This document shows, piece by piece, positions 50,887 to 64,000 of a DNA stretch of 64,000 nucleotides. Every line of letters starts with the position of its first letter. The first letter of the stretch is position 1. This DNA comes from Calcarisporiella thermophila CBS 279.70 (taxonomy: Eukaryota; Fungi; Calcarisporiellomycota): contig NW_027192193.1 in the NCBI RefSeq assembly GCF_041956535.1, forward strand, positions 1,231,192-1,295,191, given 5' to 3'. Position numbers and translations under genes: made by a program. Under the pieces are notes generated by a model. It was not told where the DNA came from. It saw only the letters and a list, made by a program, of their open reading frames with translations, and made no database searches.

Positions 50887-52084
50887 TTTAGAATCTAATA
50901 TTATATATCTCGCAGAATGGCGGTCACAGACAGTATCTAGACTATAGGTATATGCAAACGGAATGAATGAAAAGTAATTGGAAGAGGATGGAGATATTGG
51001 TGAATAAAAAAAAAGATGAGGAATAATCAGAGGAAAGAACAGAGGAAAAAGGAAAAAAAAATAGAGTGGGCGTGAAGATACATGGAGAAAAAAAAGAAAA
51101 AGAAAATAAAATTGTCCGGCAGACAATATATCTTAAATGGGAAGAGATGATATTGCAGGATGTGCAAATCCTGTTCTCTGCTTCTATCCTTTTTCAAATC
51201 GATGAAATCATTAAGAAACAGTTTTAATGAGCAGGCAAGGGGAGTGTTCCTATCGAAAACACATATCGACAAGAAAGGAATGATGGTTGTTTTTGCCTTT
51301 TCCATTCATGACATGAGTCTAGCTGCTACACGGGATGAACTGTGACCACAATTAAGCTTTCTCTATATTTGTTTGCTTATCAGTGGGTTTAGACTATATT
51401 CGGATATTAAATCCTCCAAATAAGGCTGGCTCTGATGGGCTATCAACGCTAGACTACTGCCATAACTTGCCCATCTATTCTTCCAAGATGGTAGTAGGTT
51501 TCTATAGCCGTGGCTCACAATTCTATCCATTTTGTGTCAAAATTATTCTCGGGTACGATCCTCATCAATTTATCTTAATTCACTCTATAGTGCTCGAAGT
51601 GAACATCTTCCTAACCTAAATCCCTTTTTAATGCGAGAAAACTCGAATTCTTTGCCCATTCTTTAGCATGATTTTGGAGAATGGATGAAGCAAAATGACG
51701 GAGTGAGAGAACATGCGTCAAATGATTTTCATCAGCTTAATACGCAAGAGGAGGATCGGGCATAAATCGGACAACTCTTCTCCAAAACGGACAAGCAGTG
51801 TTGTGTCAGGAATAACAGTACGATAGCGGGGTTAAAGGGTAAAATGCTTTTTACTCCCATTCTAACATAATGAAAAACGAATCGAGCACAATAATTGCCA
51901 TAGCTCCAATAGTGGCTACATTTCAGTATTGGGCATATTAAAAGAGGCATTACTTTTGAAAAAGCTATATAATGATGACATGCCGTCCAACAGGCCTGTA
52001 ATCTCTTGATCCAATTACAGCTTAAGGATATAAGGTTTGCTGCTTTTGACGCGAAAGACGACCGTGTAATGGAAATAGGTAGAG

Positions 52085-52133
52085 TAGCTTCTGTAGCTTC
52101 GAGCACATTTTGTGCTCGAAGCTACAGAAGCTA
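52085..52133. repeat. Perfect 23-bp inverted repeat with 3-nt loop
   Basis: TAGCTTCTGTAGCTTCGAGCACA-TTT-TGTGCTCGAAGCTACAGAAGCTA. Confidence 0.95.
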
Positions 52134-53220
52134 GTTTAAATGGTGATACATAAGATCTCCATTTCTATTGTAGAAAGTTGTACGTAAGAAAATGAATAAA
52201 CTGGTTTGATGATTTCGAGGCTAGATTCTATTGAGACACCAGCACTTGGAGCAGACTTTTTGTTTAGCAGATGAGTGATTAACAGTTCACCTTTCGTTTT
52301 AAAGAAAGGAAAATTCATCAAAAGCTTAAGGAGTCCAAACACACCTTTAAAATAGAGGTTCTCCTGTCCCCTGGGATTAGATTGTATATTTATTAAGTGA
52401 TATATTGTTTGTCCAATGTTATGCTTTCATGTTACATGCGCAATTTATAAGTGTGCTCAGTTTTCTCGGGCTCCCAATATGAATTTACATGATGGTGCTT
52501 GTTTTTCAGAATGGAATATTCTCGAGACTAAGTTTCAAGTTAGAAATGAAATGAAATTTGATATTCCAACTGGAAATTAGTACCTGTTCGCTTAATATGC
52601 AATGCCCCCCCAAATAGGAAGTGGCTTACACCCAGCTAACCAAAAGGAGACTCGATAAAGTCAGTCGGAAACTTTTCCGTCAGAATTTTTGGACCCTACT
52701 AAATTATATTTGGCGGAAGAGCTCGAGTTAATGTTCAAGCATAGACGGCCTCATTTGCATTCCTATATGTATATGTATCCATCAAGTATCTTTTTACAGA
52801 TACCATTCTTACGATACCTGTCCACAATATATGTCGAGTCTGAAATTTAAAGCCAATATGTTTAATGAAAACGCTGCATAAACCACTGCCTCACAACCTC
52901 GATCAGGATGGCGGAGAAAACTTTCCGGTTATCAGCATGGTAGAGGGCCCTTCTCTCTCCTGTTCTTTCAGAGGTAATATACTTAGGCTTTTGATTTTTT
53001 GGGATCCTCTTTATTATGGCCCCAGAAGAGACGAGCAAAAAGCAAATATCATCGAAACTTGTGCAAAAAATAAATCATTTAATGTTTCAAGCAAAATGTA
53101 AAATATAGATTGTATACATATACGAATTAAATGAGCAGGATTAATGCCGAGGATAGAGGCTAATTAGTAGTCTTAATAAGAAAGGACAAATGAGCTGAAG
53201 AGACGTGCACCCAGAAGTCA

Positions 53221-53955
53221 TTACTTTGGCCACTATTATATCGATTCAAAAAGAATGGTGAGTGGCCTGTCGATCCAAACTTAATCAAAAGGGGGGACCA
53301 TATTTACCCTGCCGTTCTTCGGGCACTTAGTCAGTGCCCTCCAGGTGATTTCAATAACTCCGGTATCGAGCGGTGCCAGTCGTTTGAACGCAGCCTTTGT
53401 CAGGTCGATATCCTCATTCTACATCAAATGGGGTTAGCAGAGAGATCCAAGGGCGTTGGGTTAAAGCTGCTTACTTTGTAACATCCTGCACATTTGTCTA
53501 CAAGTTTCACGACGATTTTCTTCTTGTTTGTTCCCTTTCCGCCCTTGATCTCAATGCACTTGAAACATAGTGCAAAATCACCTTTGAAAGCAGCAATCAT
53601 ATCTTGGTCATGCATATCAAGAGCTTTACGTCTGTGATCGGAACGAGGTTGTTAGCTACAACACATAGAGTCAAATGAAATAAATGTTCTACCCATTGCG
53701 TCCATAGCACGCGGCGTTCTTCAGGTCTTGTCCGGTGTACCAAGTGGTGCGGTGAGTGTCAAGAATCTCTTCCAGAAAGCGGCCGGGCGACAGTTTGTTC
53801 TTGCCATTTTTCAGCAAACGAGCGGGCGTCAGGTCGTTCTTGTTATTTCGCTTGGCAAGCGACTGCAGGGTAGCAGTCGCAGTCCCCGAGCGCCATCCAT
53901 CGGCGAGGGCAAGAGTCACGAAGGCAAGAATGCTCAGCACAAAAAGAAACTTCAT
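53221..53955 (-). CDS. Secreted RlpA-like double-psi beta-barrel (expansin/loosenin-like) protein, spliced
   Basis: Signal peptide; TWYTGQDLKNAACYG, DMIAA...CFKCIEI...IVVKLVDKCAGC, DIDLTKAAFKRLAPLDTGVIEITW. 3' end inferred from a terminal micro-exon. Confidence 0.85.
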
Positions 53956-54762
53956 TTTTCCAACTATCTTCGAAGGATAAAAATAAGAGCAAATAAAAAA
54001 ACAGGCAGTTGCTATTTTTCAGGCGCGTAAGGCAACAGGGGGTTACAAAGGGGAGGAGGAGGAAAAGGAATTAAAGAAAAGGAAAAGGGGGGGAAGATAG
54101 AAGGGGGAGGGGAAAAAAAAACGATGATGAGAAGGAATGGTAAAGGGGGGGGGAGGTTCTGTATAATTAGAATGAAATAGTAGAGAAGAAAAAGAGGGAG
54201 AGGTTCTGGAGCACGGCCAATATATATATAGCAGCCAAAGATGCAATACTGCAAACACACGTTTGCTATTCAGGCCATATAACATATATTAATCTGCCTA
54301 ATAAGCGTGTTCTTTTATCAAAATGGGTGGAAGACAAATCAATTGAGGGGAACTTTGTGGGCACATTAACATAGCCCCATTGTTCCTAGAAGAATGAAGC
54401 CTGCAGGAAAGCTTTCTTCCCCCCCTTAATTGCCTCGAGCATCTTTTTTGTTTTGTCATTAAGCGGAGCCAATAAGCCGGGGTGGAACGGTTGTGTGCTC
54501 ATGCGCTCTGATATCGGTTTTTAGCTTTTTAATCGAAATTGAACAGGAGTACTTGGAAAACAACACCCTCCGCCAGTTTACTTAAGAAAAAGGACATATC
54601 GAGTGGCTTGTGCCGATCCCTCCGCCAATAGGGCCTGGATGGAACAGATCTTAGAGGGGGGGGAGGAGAGAGAGGGTCCTTTATTTGGATCCTAACAAAC
54701 TAATCAACAATACAGAGATAGATGGATTGACACACGGGCCATTATCAGAGCACCTCGGGCGG

Positions 54763-56084
54763 TCATCTCTTCTTTTTCCCCTCTTCGCGGATGCCTTTGC
54801 GAACCCAAACCCGTCGCCTCGTTGGCCAGACTTCGAGGCCGCCCATGGCGCTCTCTTCCCTTGGCTTCTGCCAGGTGCGGTCGAAGTAGACCCAGCCATC
54901 GGAGTCCGGTCTCACTCCTCCGCCGTATTTGTTTTGAGCCCATTCCTGGGTCGCCATGTGCCACTTCTCCTCACTCCACGCATATCCTCGGGGGGGTTCG
55001 ATGTCGTCCTTGGGCGGACGCCGCTTGCCCATCTCATCCGTCCATGCGCCATCCATTCCCTTCCCTAGAAGTTGGGACGTAAACCCGACTTCCGCCCACC
55101 ATCTCTGATTCTCGAACACCTCTACACTTATACGAGCGCCCTCCTCGAGATACTTCACACCCGTCTCCATCTTTGTTTTTCCGAGCCACAGGTTCAGCCA
55201 TTTGAGCACTATCGGCTGCAGCTCTTTAGCGACTGCGCGGGCATATGGGGTGTTCGCGAGGAAAAAGAGGATGCCTCCTGCAAGAAACACATACCGCCAT
55301 GGAACGAACCACATCACGCTGGTCATCGCCACTAGAGAGGCTATCAGGACGAGGGATATATTTCGCGTGACCTCGGGATTTTCCCACGCTAGCGGCCACA
55401 GGGCATCCACGACCCGATCATAAGCGTCGGAAAATTCACCCATCATGTTCTGGATTCCCGCCATATTGTTCAGATACAGTTGACGCTTCTTCTCTACGTT
55501 TGCGAGGAAGCCCTCGTCTGCTTCCGCTTCTTCCTTAAGAAGTTCTCTTTCATTAAATACGGAGGGGGGAAGCGGTTCAGCCACATCTTTTGGCTGATTG
55601 ACTTTCTTGGCATGAAAATTGTAAATAACGATGGCGAGAAGCGCGAGTTGGGGAACCAGTAGTAGCAGTTTAGGATAGAGACCTGATCGTTCGAGAGAGA
55701 GAGAAAATAAAAATTAATGTTATCTCTCGAATCCCTTGCAAAAGTTCTAGGTCAAACCGACTTACAAACAAAAATATATGCGGCCATAGCCACTAATGTG
55801 TCTGTAGTACGATACCAGCTAATCAATCTATACACTCGTCGCCTGGCTCGAAAAACGACGCCAATTCGACTTGAAAATCGATAAAAATTCACAGTGGTAA
55901 GTTGAGGATTGAGGCCGGGAGGGGCGGGAACCACCGCGGACGTAGAAGCCAATGCAGCAGCATTGAGATTAAGCGTCGTGGATATGATGAGATCGCGTAA
56001 TGTTGACTTTGGGTGAGGGTCGGAACTGGAAGTAGAGGCAGTGGTCGAGGAAGAGGAAGATTCTTCCGGTTTTGTGTTTGTCAT
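54763..56084 (-). CDS. Pex23/Pex24-family integral peroxisomal membrane protein with dysferlin (DysF) domain
   Basis: NFYRFSSRIG, LYLNNMAGIQNMMG, VEVFENQRWW, WTDEMG...PPRGYAW, DGWVY, TRRRVWVR. Confidence 0.88.
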
Positions 56085-58153
56085 GTTAATTACTCAATCC
56101 ACTGATTTTGCTGTTGAATCCAGTTGTCTCTATTCCCAATGCATTAATCCTATATTTCTTGTCGGTAATTGCAACGTTCGTCAAATAACTCTAAAAAATG
56201 GGACTTTGTGCAAGAATAAAAAACTAACGTATTGAATTTTCATGTGTTGATTCTTCTTTCCTAATGAATTATCCTTTTCCATCTCAGCAGAGTGCTACGC
56301 CACCCCACGTTCCAGAAAAATTAAAATTTCGCCGAGAGGTATTTGAACGAGTAAAATGGGTATAGGCAACACAACGATATTTTCGATAGATCCCACTTTG
56401 AACGTTGCTTGGAGTACAAAATTGAAAAACACGAGTTGGCAACTTATCTCTCTCTTTTACATATAATGGACTCTCGAAGTAATAATCCTGAGCAGGCACA
56501 GATAATTAAAATAGTTCAATCATAAAATTCACCCAAAATGACAATGGTTTATATAGCTTAGAGTATAAACCTTCGAGAGATGCCGATTATAGGAGAGGGA
56601 TTATTTATCATGACCGATTTATCTTTTGAAGCTTACACGAGGAGAACAATAATAAAACTTACCGTGAGTAAAAGGGGGACTCAATGGACATCAGAGCAAT
56701 ACAACAATGAAAAATCCTAGGGACTGAAATTCCACCGCCAAATTTCCAACGTAAAAAAAGTACATTCATCCCAAATTCTTATGTAAAGTTTTTTAATTTA
56801 GTATATCATTCACTTTTGATATATTTGCATAGTTTTATATAGACTTTTGTTTTGCTATCTCAATAAGCATTTATCTAAATTCCTAAAATTTATGATTTAA
56901 TTTATAATATCTATTATATCTAAGGTCATAAAAATGAATCATTCTTTGCATAGAAAATCGATTTTGTCAAGCAACTGCACCCATACAAATAGGGACGATA
57001 GCATGTAGTTTTGATGTCTAGAACATCTTTGATTCATACAAGTTCGAGGTAAATTTTCGGGAATCAAATGCATTCTAGAAGGTAACAGAAATAAAAATGT
57101 CGAAGATAGACATGTAGACGATGGCTTTACTTGAGTGAGTAATTAAGCTACTGAAGAGTATTGGTTCACAGCATACAGCTTAAATACTGGTGCTTCCTCT
57201 TGTAGGCTAAATTAGTATAGTTCAGTAACAAATTCTTGTCAATTATCGGGTTAATTAAGATGTTTTCGTGCTTATGACCGGTATAACCATTGCTTGAGAT
57301 TTCTTTCTAGCCTTCAAGAAGGTGGTAAACTCCGAAGAATCTTAGGAAAAATTTCTACATTTTTGTACACAAGAATAATTCAATCTATAGTAAAAAGGGA
57401 GGCTAGCAAGCTTAGCTTGCATTTGATAGTCCTTTTTACTATTTAACGTGGCATAATACTGTTTGACGTGGGTCATTTGGGACGAGAATTCTACGGACTT
57501 ACGATGTAGTATATATTTATTTGTTCCGATAGTTTGACAAATAAAAAAGTATGAAGCGAGTTGTGGAAATATACATCTCAGCCAATTTGGAAGTTCACCT
57601 AACTGTATTGGGGTAGAATTCCTTATCAAGATATAATAGGGAAACTACTAGCCCCGTTGTTCCCTATATATAGAGTCTAACGAATGAATCCCTTGTCCCA
57701 TCTTATACCCTATAGACAGAGACAAATTTCCATAGGATCAAGTCTTGGAGGAGAAGTTGTATACCGTGCATTTCTATCTCCCCATCATCCTCTCTCCCGT
57801 ATTAACTTAGCTGGGAGCACAGTGTCCTCTTCGACTGCAACTATCCGCCGTAGTAAACACTCGCTTCTACCGCAATGTGACAGGGTCCATGCTCTCAGAT
57901 TCAAGTCCGTGAACCTCGGCATCCTGGTGCCTCCTACTTTATGAAAGAACTTTAAGTTCGCTGTTTCGCAAATTAGCGCTTCATTTTATTGTGCTTTAAT
58001 CATTTTTTCATAAATAAATAAACAGATAAAGAATCAACAGCAACAGTAAAGAAGTCTCATAGGTTGACGGATAACATTAACAGTAAAAAAAAAACAATAA
58101 AAACATATATGTATATATAAATAGCCTAGCGTTCCAAGCTCTATCCTGTCCAT

Positions 58154-59257
58154 TTATTCACGAGGGATCTGGAATTGCTTTACGTTGCCTTTGACCCCAC
58201 CCTGCAGGTCCACGTTCTCTTCCCCAATGAGCTCGTGGTGTACGCGTTCAATGCTCTTGAAGTATTTCACCGTCTTTACGTGCAACTCGAGCGTGGCGTC
58301 TTCGTCGCACACAATCATGCCCTTGGGGTGCTGCTGGATGGCAGAGACGGTCCACATGTGGTTCACTCCTTCCTCAATGCACTTGGCGAGCGCGAGGGCC
58401 TTGTGCGCGCCAGTGATGATCACCGCAACCTCGCGTGCATCCATCACCGTACTAGAAAGAGAGGGCGGGAAAGAGATGTCAATACAAACGCCGCTCCGAG
58501 TCCTAGCAACGCGAGGTAGGACTTACCCAACTCCAACAGTCAGAGCAAGAGGAGGCACCTTTGTAATATCATTGTCGAAGAAGCGTGCATTCGCAATGAT
58601 GGTCTCATACGCCAGTGTCTTCACGCGGGTACGGGAGGAGAGGGAGCTCCCGGGCTCGTTGAAGGCAATGTGGCCATCAGGGCCAATACCGCCAAGGAAG
58701 AGCTCGATGCCACCCACTTCCTTGATCTTGTCCTCATATTTTTGGCATTCGGCGTCCAGATCGGGGGCGTTGCCATCGAGGATGTGCACATTCTCAGGCT
58801 TGATGTCAACATGCTTGAAGAGGTTGTTCCACATGAACGAGTGGTAGGATTCGGGATGATCGCTGTTGGATAGCAAGAGAGAGATAAGTGAGTGGGAGCA
58901 ACAAGTAGCCAAATGCGCGCTAGATGCCTACCGGGGGAGTCCGACGTACTCGTCCATGTTGAACGTGATGACATTTTCAAATGACAATTCACCGCGTTTG
59001 TGCAGCTCGACAAGCTTGCGGTAGGTCAGCACCGGGGAGGAGCCGGTGGGCAGGCCGAGGACGAAGGGCCTCTCGGGGGTGGGATTGAATTGGACAATGC
59101 GGTTTTTGATGTAGTTAGCTAATGGCGGCAGAAGCGATGACACAAGTAACGAAAAACGAGGGTGAGTGTGGAGAGGAGGTTAGTACAAAAGAAGAAAGGG
59201 GTGCGTACCCATATAGGCTGCGACATCGTCGGCATTCTGGCGAATAATGAGGCGCAT
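58154..59257 (-). CDS. NAG1: Glucosamine-6-phosphate deaminase, 4 exons
   Basis: MRLIIR; [11 protein letters not shown]; [22 protein letters not shown]; [18 protein letters not shown]; [11 protein letters not shown]. Confidence 0.96.
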
Positions 59258-59630
59258 GGCGGTGGTGATGGGGATCGGGCAGGGGGGGAGGATGGGAAGC
59301 TTGAAGGGGAAAAGGGCGTGAAGAAGAGGGCGTCTCGCTCGTTCTCGGGAACAATCGAACAAGAGAGAAGGAGCTGGATTTCACGGTGTTTATTTAGCAA
59401 TCGGGACTGTATGATTCACTGACGAAATCTAATCTAATCTACACCAATCAGCGGGATCAAGGCCGAGGAGGAAGGCCTTCTCGATCAAGAAGCGATATCC
59501 ACGTTTTCTTTCTCCTCCTCCCGCTCCCCCAACCTTTTTGTTTACGCCCGCCCCCTCTGCCTACTCCTTCCCATCCCCCCCTCGCCGCCCCAATTACTCT
59601 CATCCCCCTCTTACCAATCACCGCCGCACC
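59258..59630. promoter_or_regulatory. Bidirectional promoter shared by NAG1 and DAC1
   Basis: 373 bp between divergent ATGs; central AATCT x3 (59426-59440) and CCAAT. Confidence 0.65.
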
Positions 59631-60937
59631 ATGCCCCAAGGCAAAATCATCAAGATCAAAAACTGCCGCCTGCTCCGCAATCACCAGATAGTCGATAACG
59701 ACTATCTATGGATCCAGGATGGCCGCATCGTGGACCCGCAGGAGCAATTCTTTACACATCGCCACCCCCCCGACGAGACCATCGATGCAGGGGGCATGCT
59801 GGTCTGTCCCGGATTCATCGATGTGCAGATCAATGGCGCCTTCGGAGTCGATTTCTCGGACATTACGCAGTTCGATCAGGACAAGGCCAAGCAGGATCTG
59901 GATCGGGTCGCAAAGGGGCTGCTCCAGTATGGCTGCACGGCATTTGCGCCCACCATAGTCAGCTCCTCCCCGGAGGTCTATCGGAAGGTAAGCGGGCGAA
60001 TGCATTGGTGTAGGTAAACAAATGTCCGAATGGCTCCTTATTTCCTTTTCAGGTTCTTCCGCTGTTGAAGCCCCGCCAGGGAACCGCGACCGCTGGTGCC
60101 ACTATCCTCGGGGCCCACGTCGAAGGCCCGTTCATCTCGCAGGACAAAAACGGCGCCCACAATCTCGAGGTCCTCCAGGTGCCCCGAGAGGGGATGGCGG
60201 ACTTCGCCCGGGTCTACGGCACCGAGAACATAGGGCCGGAGGATGCCGCTCGTGGCAGCGAGCGCACCGAGAGCATCCGGCTGATCACCGTCGCCCCCGA
60301 TCTCGAGGGCTCGCAGCGCGGCATCCGCGAGCTGGCCAAGCGGGGCGTGGTGGTCTCGATCGGCCACTCGCCTGCCTCGGTGCAGGAGGCCGAGGAGGCG
60401 GTTGAAAACGGGGCCACCTTCATCACCCATCTCTTCAATGCCATGCAGCAGTTCCACCATCGAGACCCCGGGATCATCGGGCTTCTGGGGTCGAACCTCC
60501 AACGGCCGTACTACGGCTTGATCTGCGACGGCGTGCACTGCCACCCCAACTCCGTCAAGATCGCGTACTACTCGCACCCGGGCGGCGCGGTGCTCGTGAC
60601 CGATGCCATGAGCGCCATGGGATTGCCGCCGGGCAAGTACACCCTCGGCGACATGAAGGTGGAGAAGGAGGAGGACCGCGTGTACGTCGAGGGCACGCGC
60701 ACCCTGGCCGGCAGTGTCATCACCCTCGATGCGTGCGTGCGCAACTTCAAAGAGTTCACCGGGTGCTCCACGATCGAGGCGCTGGAGGCCGTCACCCTGC
60801 ACCCCGCCGTGTTGCTCGGGATTCAGGACCGCAAGGGCCAGTTGGTCACGGGAGCTGACGCGGATCTGGTGTTCTTGGACGATGACTTGCGGGTCAAGCG
60901 GGTGTTTGTTGCCGGGGAGGAGGTGCAGCTGGAGTAG
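59631..60937 (+). CDS. DAC1: N-acetylglucosamine-6-phosphate deacetylase, 2 exons
   Basis: PGFIDVQINGAFGVDF, GAHVEGPFI, SIGHS, ITHLFNAM, DGVHCHP, LVTDAM, TLAGS, GADADLV; intron ~59988-60052. Confidence 0.96.
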
Positions 60938-61487
60938 GGGAGAAGAGGGCCGAAGCCCCGCCCGTGTTGTATAATGTTATTTGCTTTTTATCTTTACGTT
61001 TTTTTTTTTTTCGCTTAACATATAGACGGTTTATCTCCTTTCGAATCATGATTTGTAATTCTTTCTATGATGTTTCCCTGTTCCTTCTCCACTAAGTTTA
61101 TCCGATCCATCTATTGTCTATTCTTCTATTTATATTGGAGACGGCTGCTTCCCTATTTATTCGCTTATATCTTGCATATTTACTGTAGAAAAGGAAAAAA
61201 AAAGTTTTGCCCAAATACGCACGAGCAAATTCTCGCACCCTTTTGCGCCAATCCTCCCCCACTCAAGAGAGGGGGACCCCATTCTGGAGCCGCTTTATTC
61301 ACCTGTTGTTATATTACAATGGGTCGTGGCCGGCCCGAGTTTCCTCTCAGCCTCCCTCTCCCTTACCCAGCCACCCTACATTCTGGTCGCGTGGGAAGCT
61401 CTCCCATGCTCAACCGATCACGGCGGAGGGCCAGCGGGTCCGGCTTGGTTTGGGGGACCTAAGTCGGCCCTCCGCCCTGCCTCCTCT

Positions 61488-63397
61488 TCAAATTATCCCA
61501 CCGCCCCCCCACTTTTTCACCAGCGTCGGGCACTCCTTATACTTCAACACGGCCTCGGTGACTTGCACCGGTTCAAGCATCACCTTTGTCATGCGGTATT
61601 CTTTCGGACAGCGCGAGAAGCCCTCGGTCGGGTACACTAGCTCCAGGGCGATCAAGTGCTCGAATGCCTTGAGCGCCACGGGCTTTTTGTACAGCTTTAG
61701 CCCCACCCCTCCGCCGCGAATGGCAGCCTTATCCATGAAGTCCTTGTACTCGTCGTAGACCATCTCAAAGTTGAAGGTCGTGATGTCCCGGGAAAGGAGG
61801 TGTTTCATGGCAATGATCAGGCAAAGCTCAAGTAGCGACACGCCTGGATTTGAGGTTTGACAAAGAATAAAGTGAATATCTTAAGCGTAAGAGGGGATAG
61901 ATGTCCCACAGTTCTCCTACCCTTGAGAAGCTCTGTCTTTGCATCCACTCGCTGCTGCAGGCTGGCCACCTGGAAGTCGATTGGCTTGAGAAAAGGCTGG
62001 GCACTAGAGAGTCGACTAATCGGCTCGAACTGCAGTGAAATAAGAAAAAAAAAAGGGAGAGAGAGGGCATGAGATTTCACATTAGTGATGGACGAGTAAG
62101 GCTGCGCATGGACGTACACTAATTTTGAAAAAGAGCCGGATGTCCTTGGATAAATCATAGATTCGCTGGACTACCTTCTTGAATACGGAGTCTTCGAATA
62201 GTCCCTAAGGAAGTCGATTAGCAATTCCTGATCGCTTCCAACTGTGCCAATGGGGGTGACTCACTTCGATAGAACGGTTAAATGCCAACCGGTATTCTGA
62301 GTGGGCGACTTGCTCGTCCACCTCAAGCGTATTCTTTATTATTTTAGAAAACTCCTCTAGAGTTTCGGGGGGGAATAGATAAATTTGTCGGTGTGAAAAC
62401 CTAGATTTGACCCGCTTTTCCAAGAGTTCCAAGGCGTCCTGTCACGAACAGAAATCAAATCTAATACTCGGAACCACTCCAACCAAACCGCCACGCAATG
62501 CTTACCAGGCGACAGGTCAGCCCAATGATGGCGACGGGATTTTGGCTACTCTGGGCGACGTCAAAGAGGTTGTAAAGCAGAGCTTGCTTCGGATGTTGCG
62601 CAAAAAGGTCGAATTCATCCAGCACAAAGATAATGGGGATAGTTTGGTGAGAGCCTTGTTTGAGAACGGAGAGCAAGTAGCTCATCGATTCAGCAAACGA
62701 CATCTATATACGGTTTTAGGATCAACACAATAATGATAAAGAGAATTCCCATTGAAAATTACCGAAGTATGCGTCTCCATTTGTTGTTCGACGCGCAGCT
62801 GCCTTATAATCTCACGCAACGCCAAGCGATCGTCAGTGAGAACCATGCCGTTCAAATAGACCACGAAAAAGTCCCTTTGAGATGATCGGGGATCGACGTA
62901 TTTGCCCTCGATGTCCGCAACGACCCTATTAATGAGCTGCATTCATGGTTAATGCAATAGTTTTCGTACAAAGGCTGAAGGCGCTAAACCATGTTACCGA
63001 TGTCTTTCCAGTGCCTCGATTTCCAATTAGCAAGCAAGAATTACTCTCGCCATTCAAAACGGTCTGCTCGATTAAATCATATAGCTTTCTAATCAAGACG
63101 AAAACACGCGTCAAGAAAAAGATCCCAGGCATTGCTAAAATAATTAACGCGTCACCTATACTGTGCATCCAAATTAATCAGTTGCCGAGGTGTCTCTCTT
63201 TCAGCTAGCCGTCTTAGGATGAGCGAGCGTGCCTGAGCCACGTCTTTTGCACTCCAATTAGCAGCTGTAGTGTTAACATTGGGACCGGGCTCATCTTTGT
63301 CTATAGTATCGTTAGAAGAAGGAGAGGGAGAATCATCTTGGAGGCGAAATCGTTTAGGGGAGAGAGAAATGTCGTCGTCTATTGATCGTTTTGACAT
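61488..63397 (-). CDS. ORC4: Origin recognition complex subunit 4, multi-exon
   Basis: [66 protein letters not shown]. Confidence 0.95.
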
Positions 63398-63902
63398 GGC
63401 ATTCAAGTCTTTTCATCAAAAGAAGGGGGGTTTCGTGTTTTTTATAGAGTTTATTAAGGCAACTTTCTCGAAGGATGGCGCAGGTCTATTCAAGACCAAC
63501 AATTTGCTCAACCGACTCCCTGGGCTTTCCAAAATTTGGAGAAGTGGGCTGCGTGACCAGTGGTTTGGTCGAGTGAATTGCGTGGAGAAATAAAGTTGAG
63601 GAAATTTTCTTGGGAGAGCCATTTGTAATGATTTTTCTCTCTTTCTGTTTTTCCGGCCAGTAAATGCCATTGGATCCCCCATTTCTCTAGCACTCTCTCT
63701 CGCCCCTCTTGCTCTCCGCCCCCTTCTTGATCCTCCGTTCCTCGCTGCATTGGCTGTGATTTTGCCTCTCCCTTTGCCTCTCCCCTCCTCGCGCCATTTC
63801 GTATACCATTTGAATTAGCTCCTATATCACGGTTGTATCCGCGCCCCTCTGCGTAATCCCCTAATCTCCGTCCACCTGCTTTAATCTCTGTCTTCTCTGG
63901 CA

Positions 63903-64000
63903 ATGGTGTACGCTCCCAGCTACATTTGTTCCGATTGCGGCATGTATGTCCCTATCCATGACTGGACTGCTCATGTCGCGTCGGTCCACAGCATGTTCCA
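63903..64000 (+). CDS. 5' start of a possible C2H2 zinc-finger protein (runs off window end)
   Basis: MVYAPSYICSDCGMYVPIHDWTAHVASVHSMF gives C-x2-C...H-x4-H; divergent from ORC4. Confidence 0.45.
   Translation, partial: MVYAPSYICSDCGMYVPIHDWTAHVASVHSMF

Noticed and set aside
56300-57950. Gene or transposon in the AT-rich gap before NAG1
   Set aside because: No coherent ORF, splice pattern, terminal repeats or recognisable motifs.
60038-60802. Long antisense ORFs (also 1392-2063, 22929-23753, 41273-41953, 58185-58847)
   Set aside because: Shadow frames of GC-rich real genes on the opposite strand.

Overview
Intron-rich eukaryotic DNA from a filamentous fungus, most likely an early-diverging (Mucoromycota-like) lineage. 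The lineage call is inferred from the gene set, short GT-AG introns and the chitinase type. The window holds about 25 protein-coding genes: SreA-type GATA factor, Gemin6, Cid1-like nucleotidyltransferase, F-box protein, GH18 chitinase, GPI Ser-rich protein, RVB2, CCCH protein, Kish, hydrophobin, HSF-type factor, thioredoxin, ISD11, MIC10, PDS5, PHO84, RlpA-like protein, Pex24-family peroxin, a head-to-head NAG1/DAC1 pair and ORC4. It also holds three tRNA genes (Thr-AGT, Val-CAC, Tyr-GTA). The most striking structure is a retroposon system that appears to target tRNA genes. Two ~335-bp tRNA-derived SINE copies with poly(A) tails and 15-bp target-site duplications sit head-to-head 82-87 bp upstream of tRNA-Thr and tRNA-Tyr. 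A different tRNA-like head sits at about the same offset from tRNA-Val. 5'-truncated L1/Tx1-like LINE 3' ends with the same TTGATC(A)n terminus (degenerate in the older copy) are stacked at the tRNA-Tyr site. The island between tRNA-Val and tRNA-Tyr also carries a frameshifted VapD/Cas2-like ribonuclease gene, divergent from a cryptic multi-exon gene. Spliced gene boundaries were inferred by eye.
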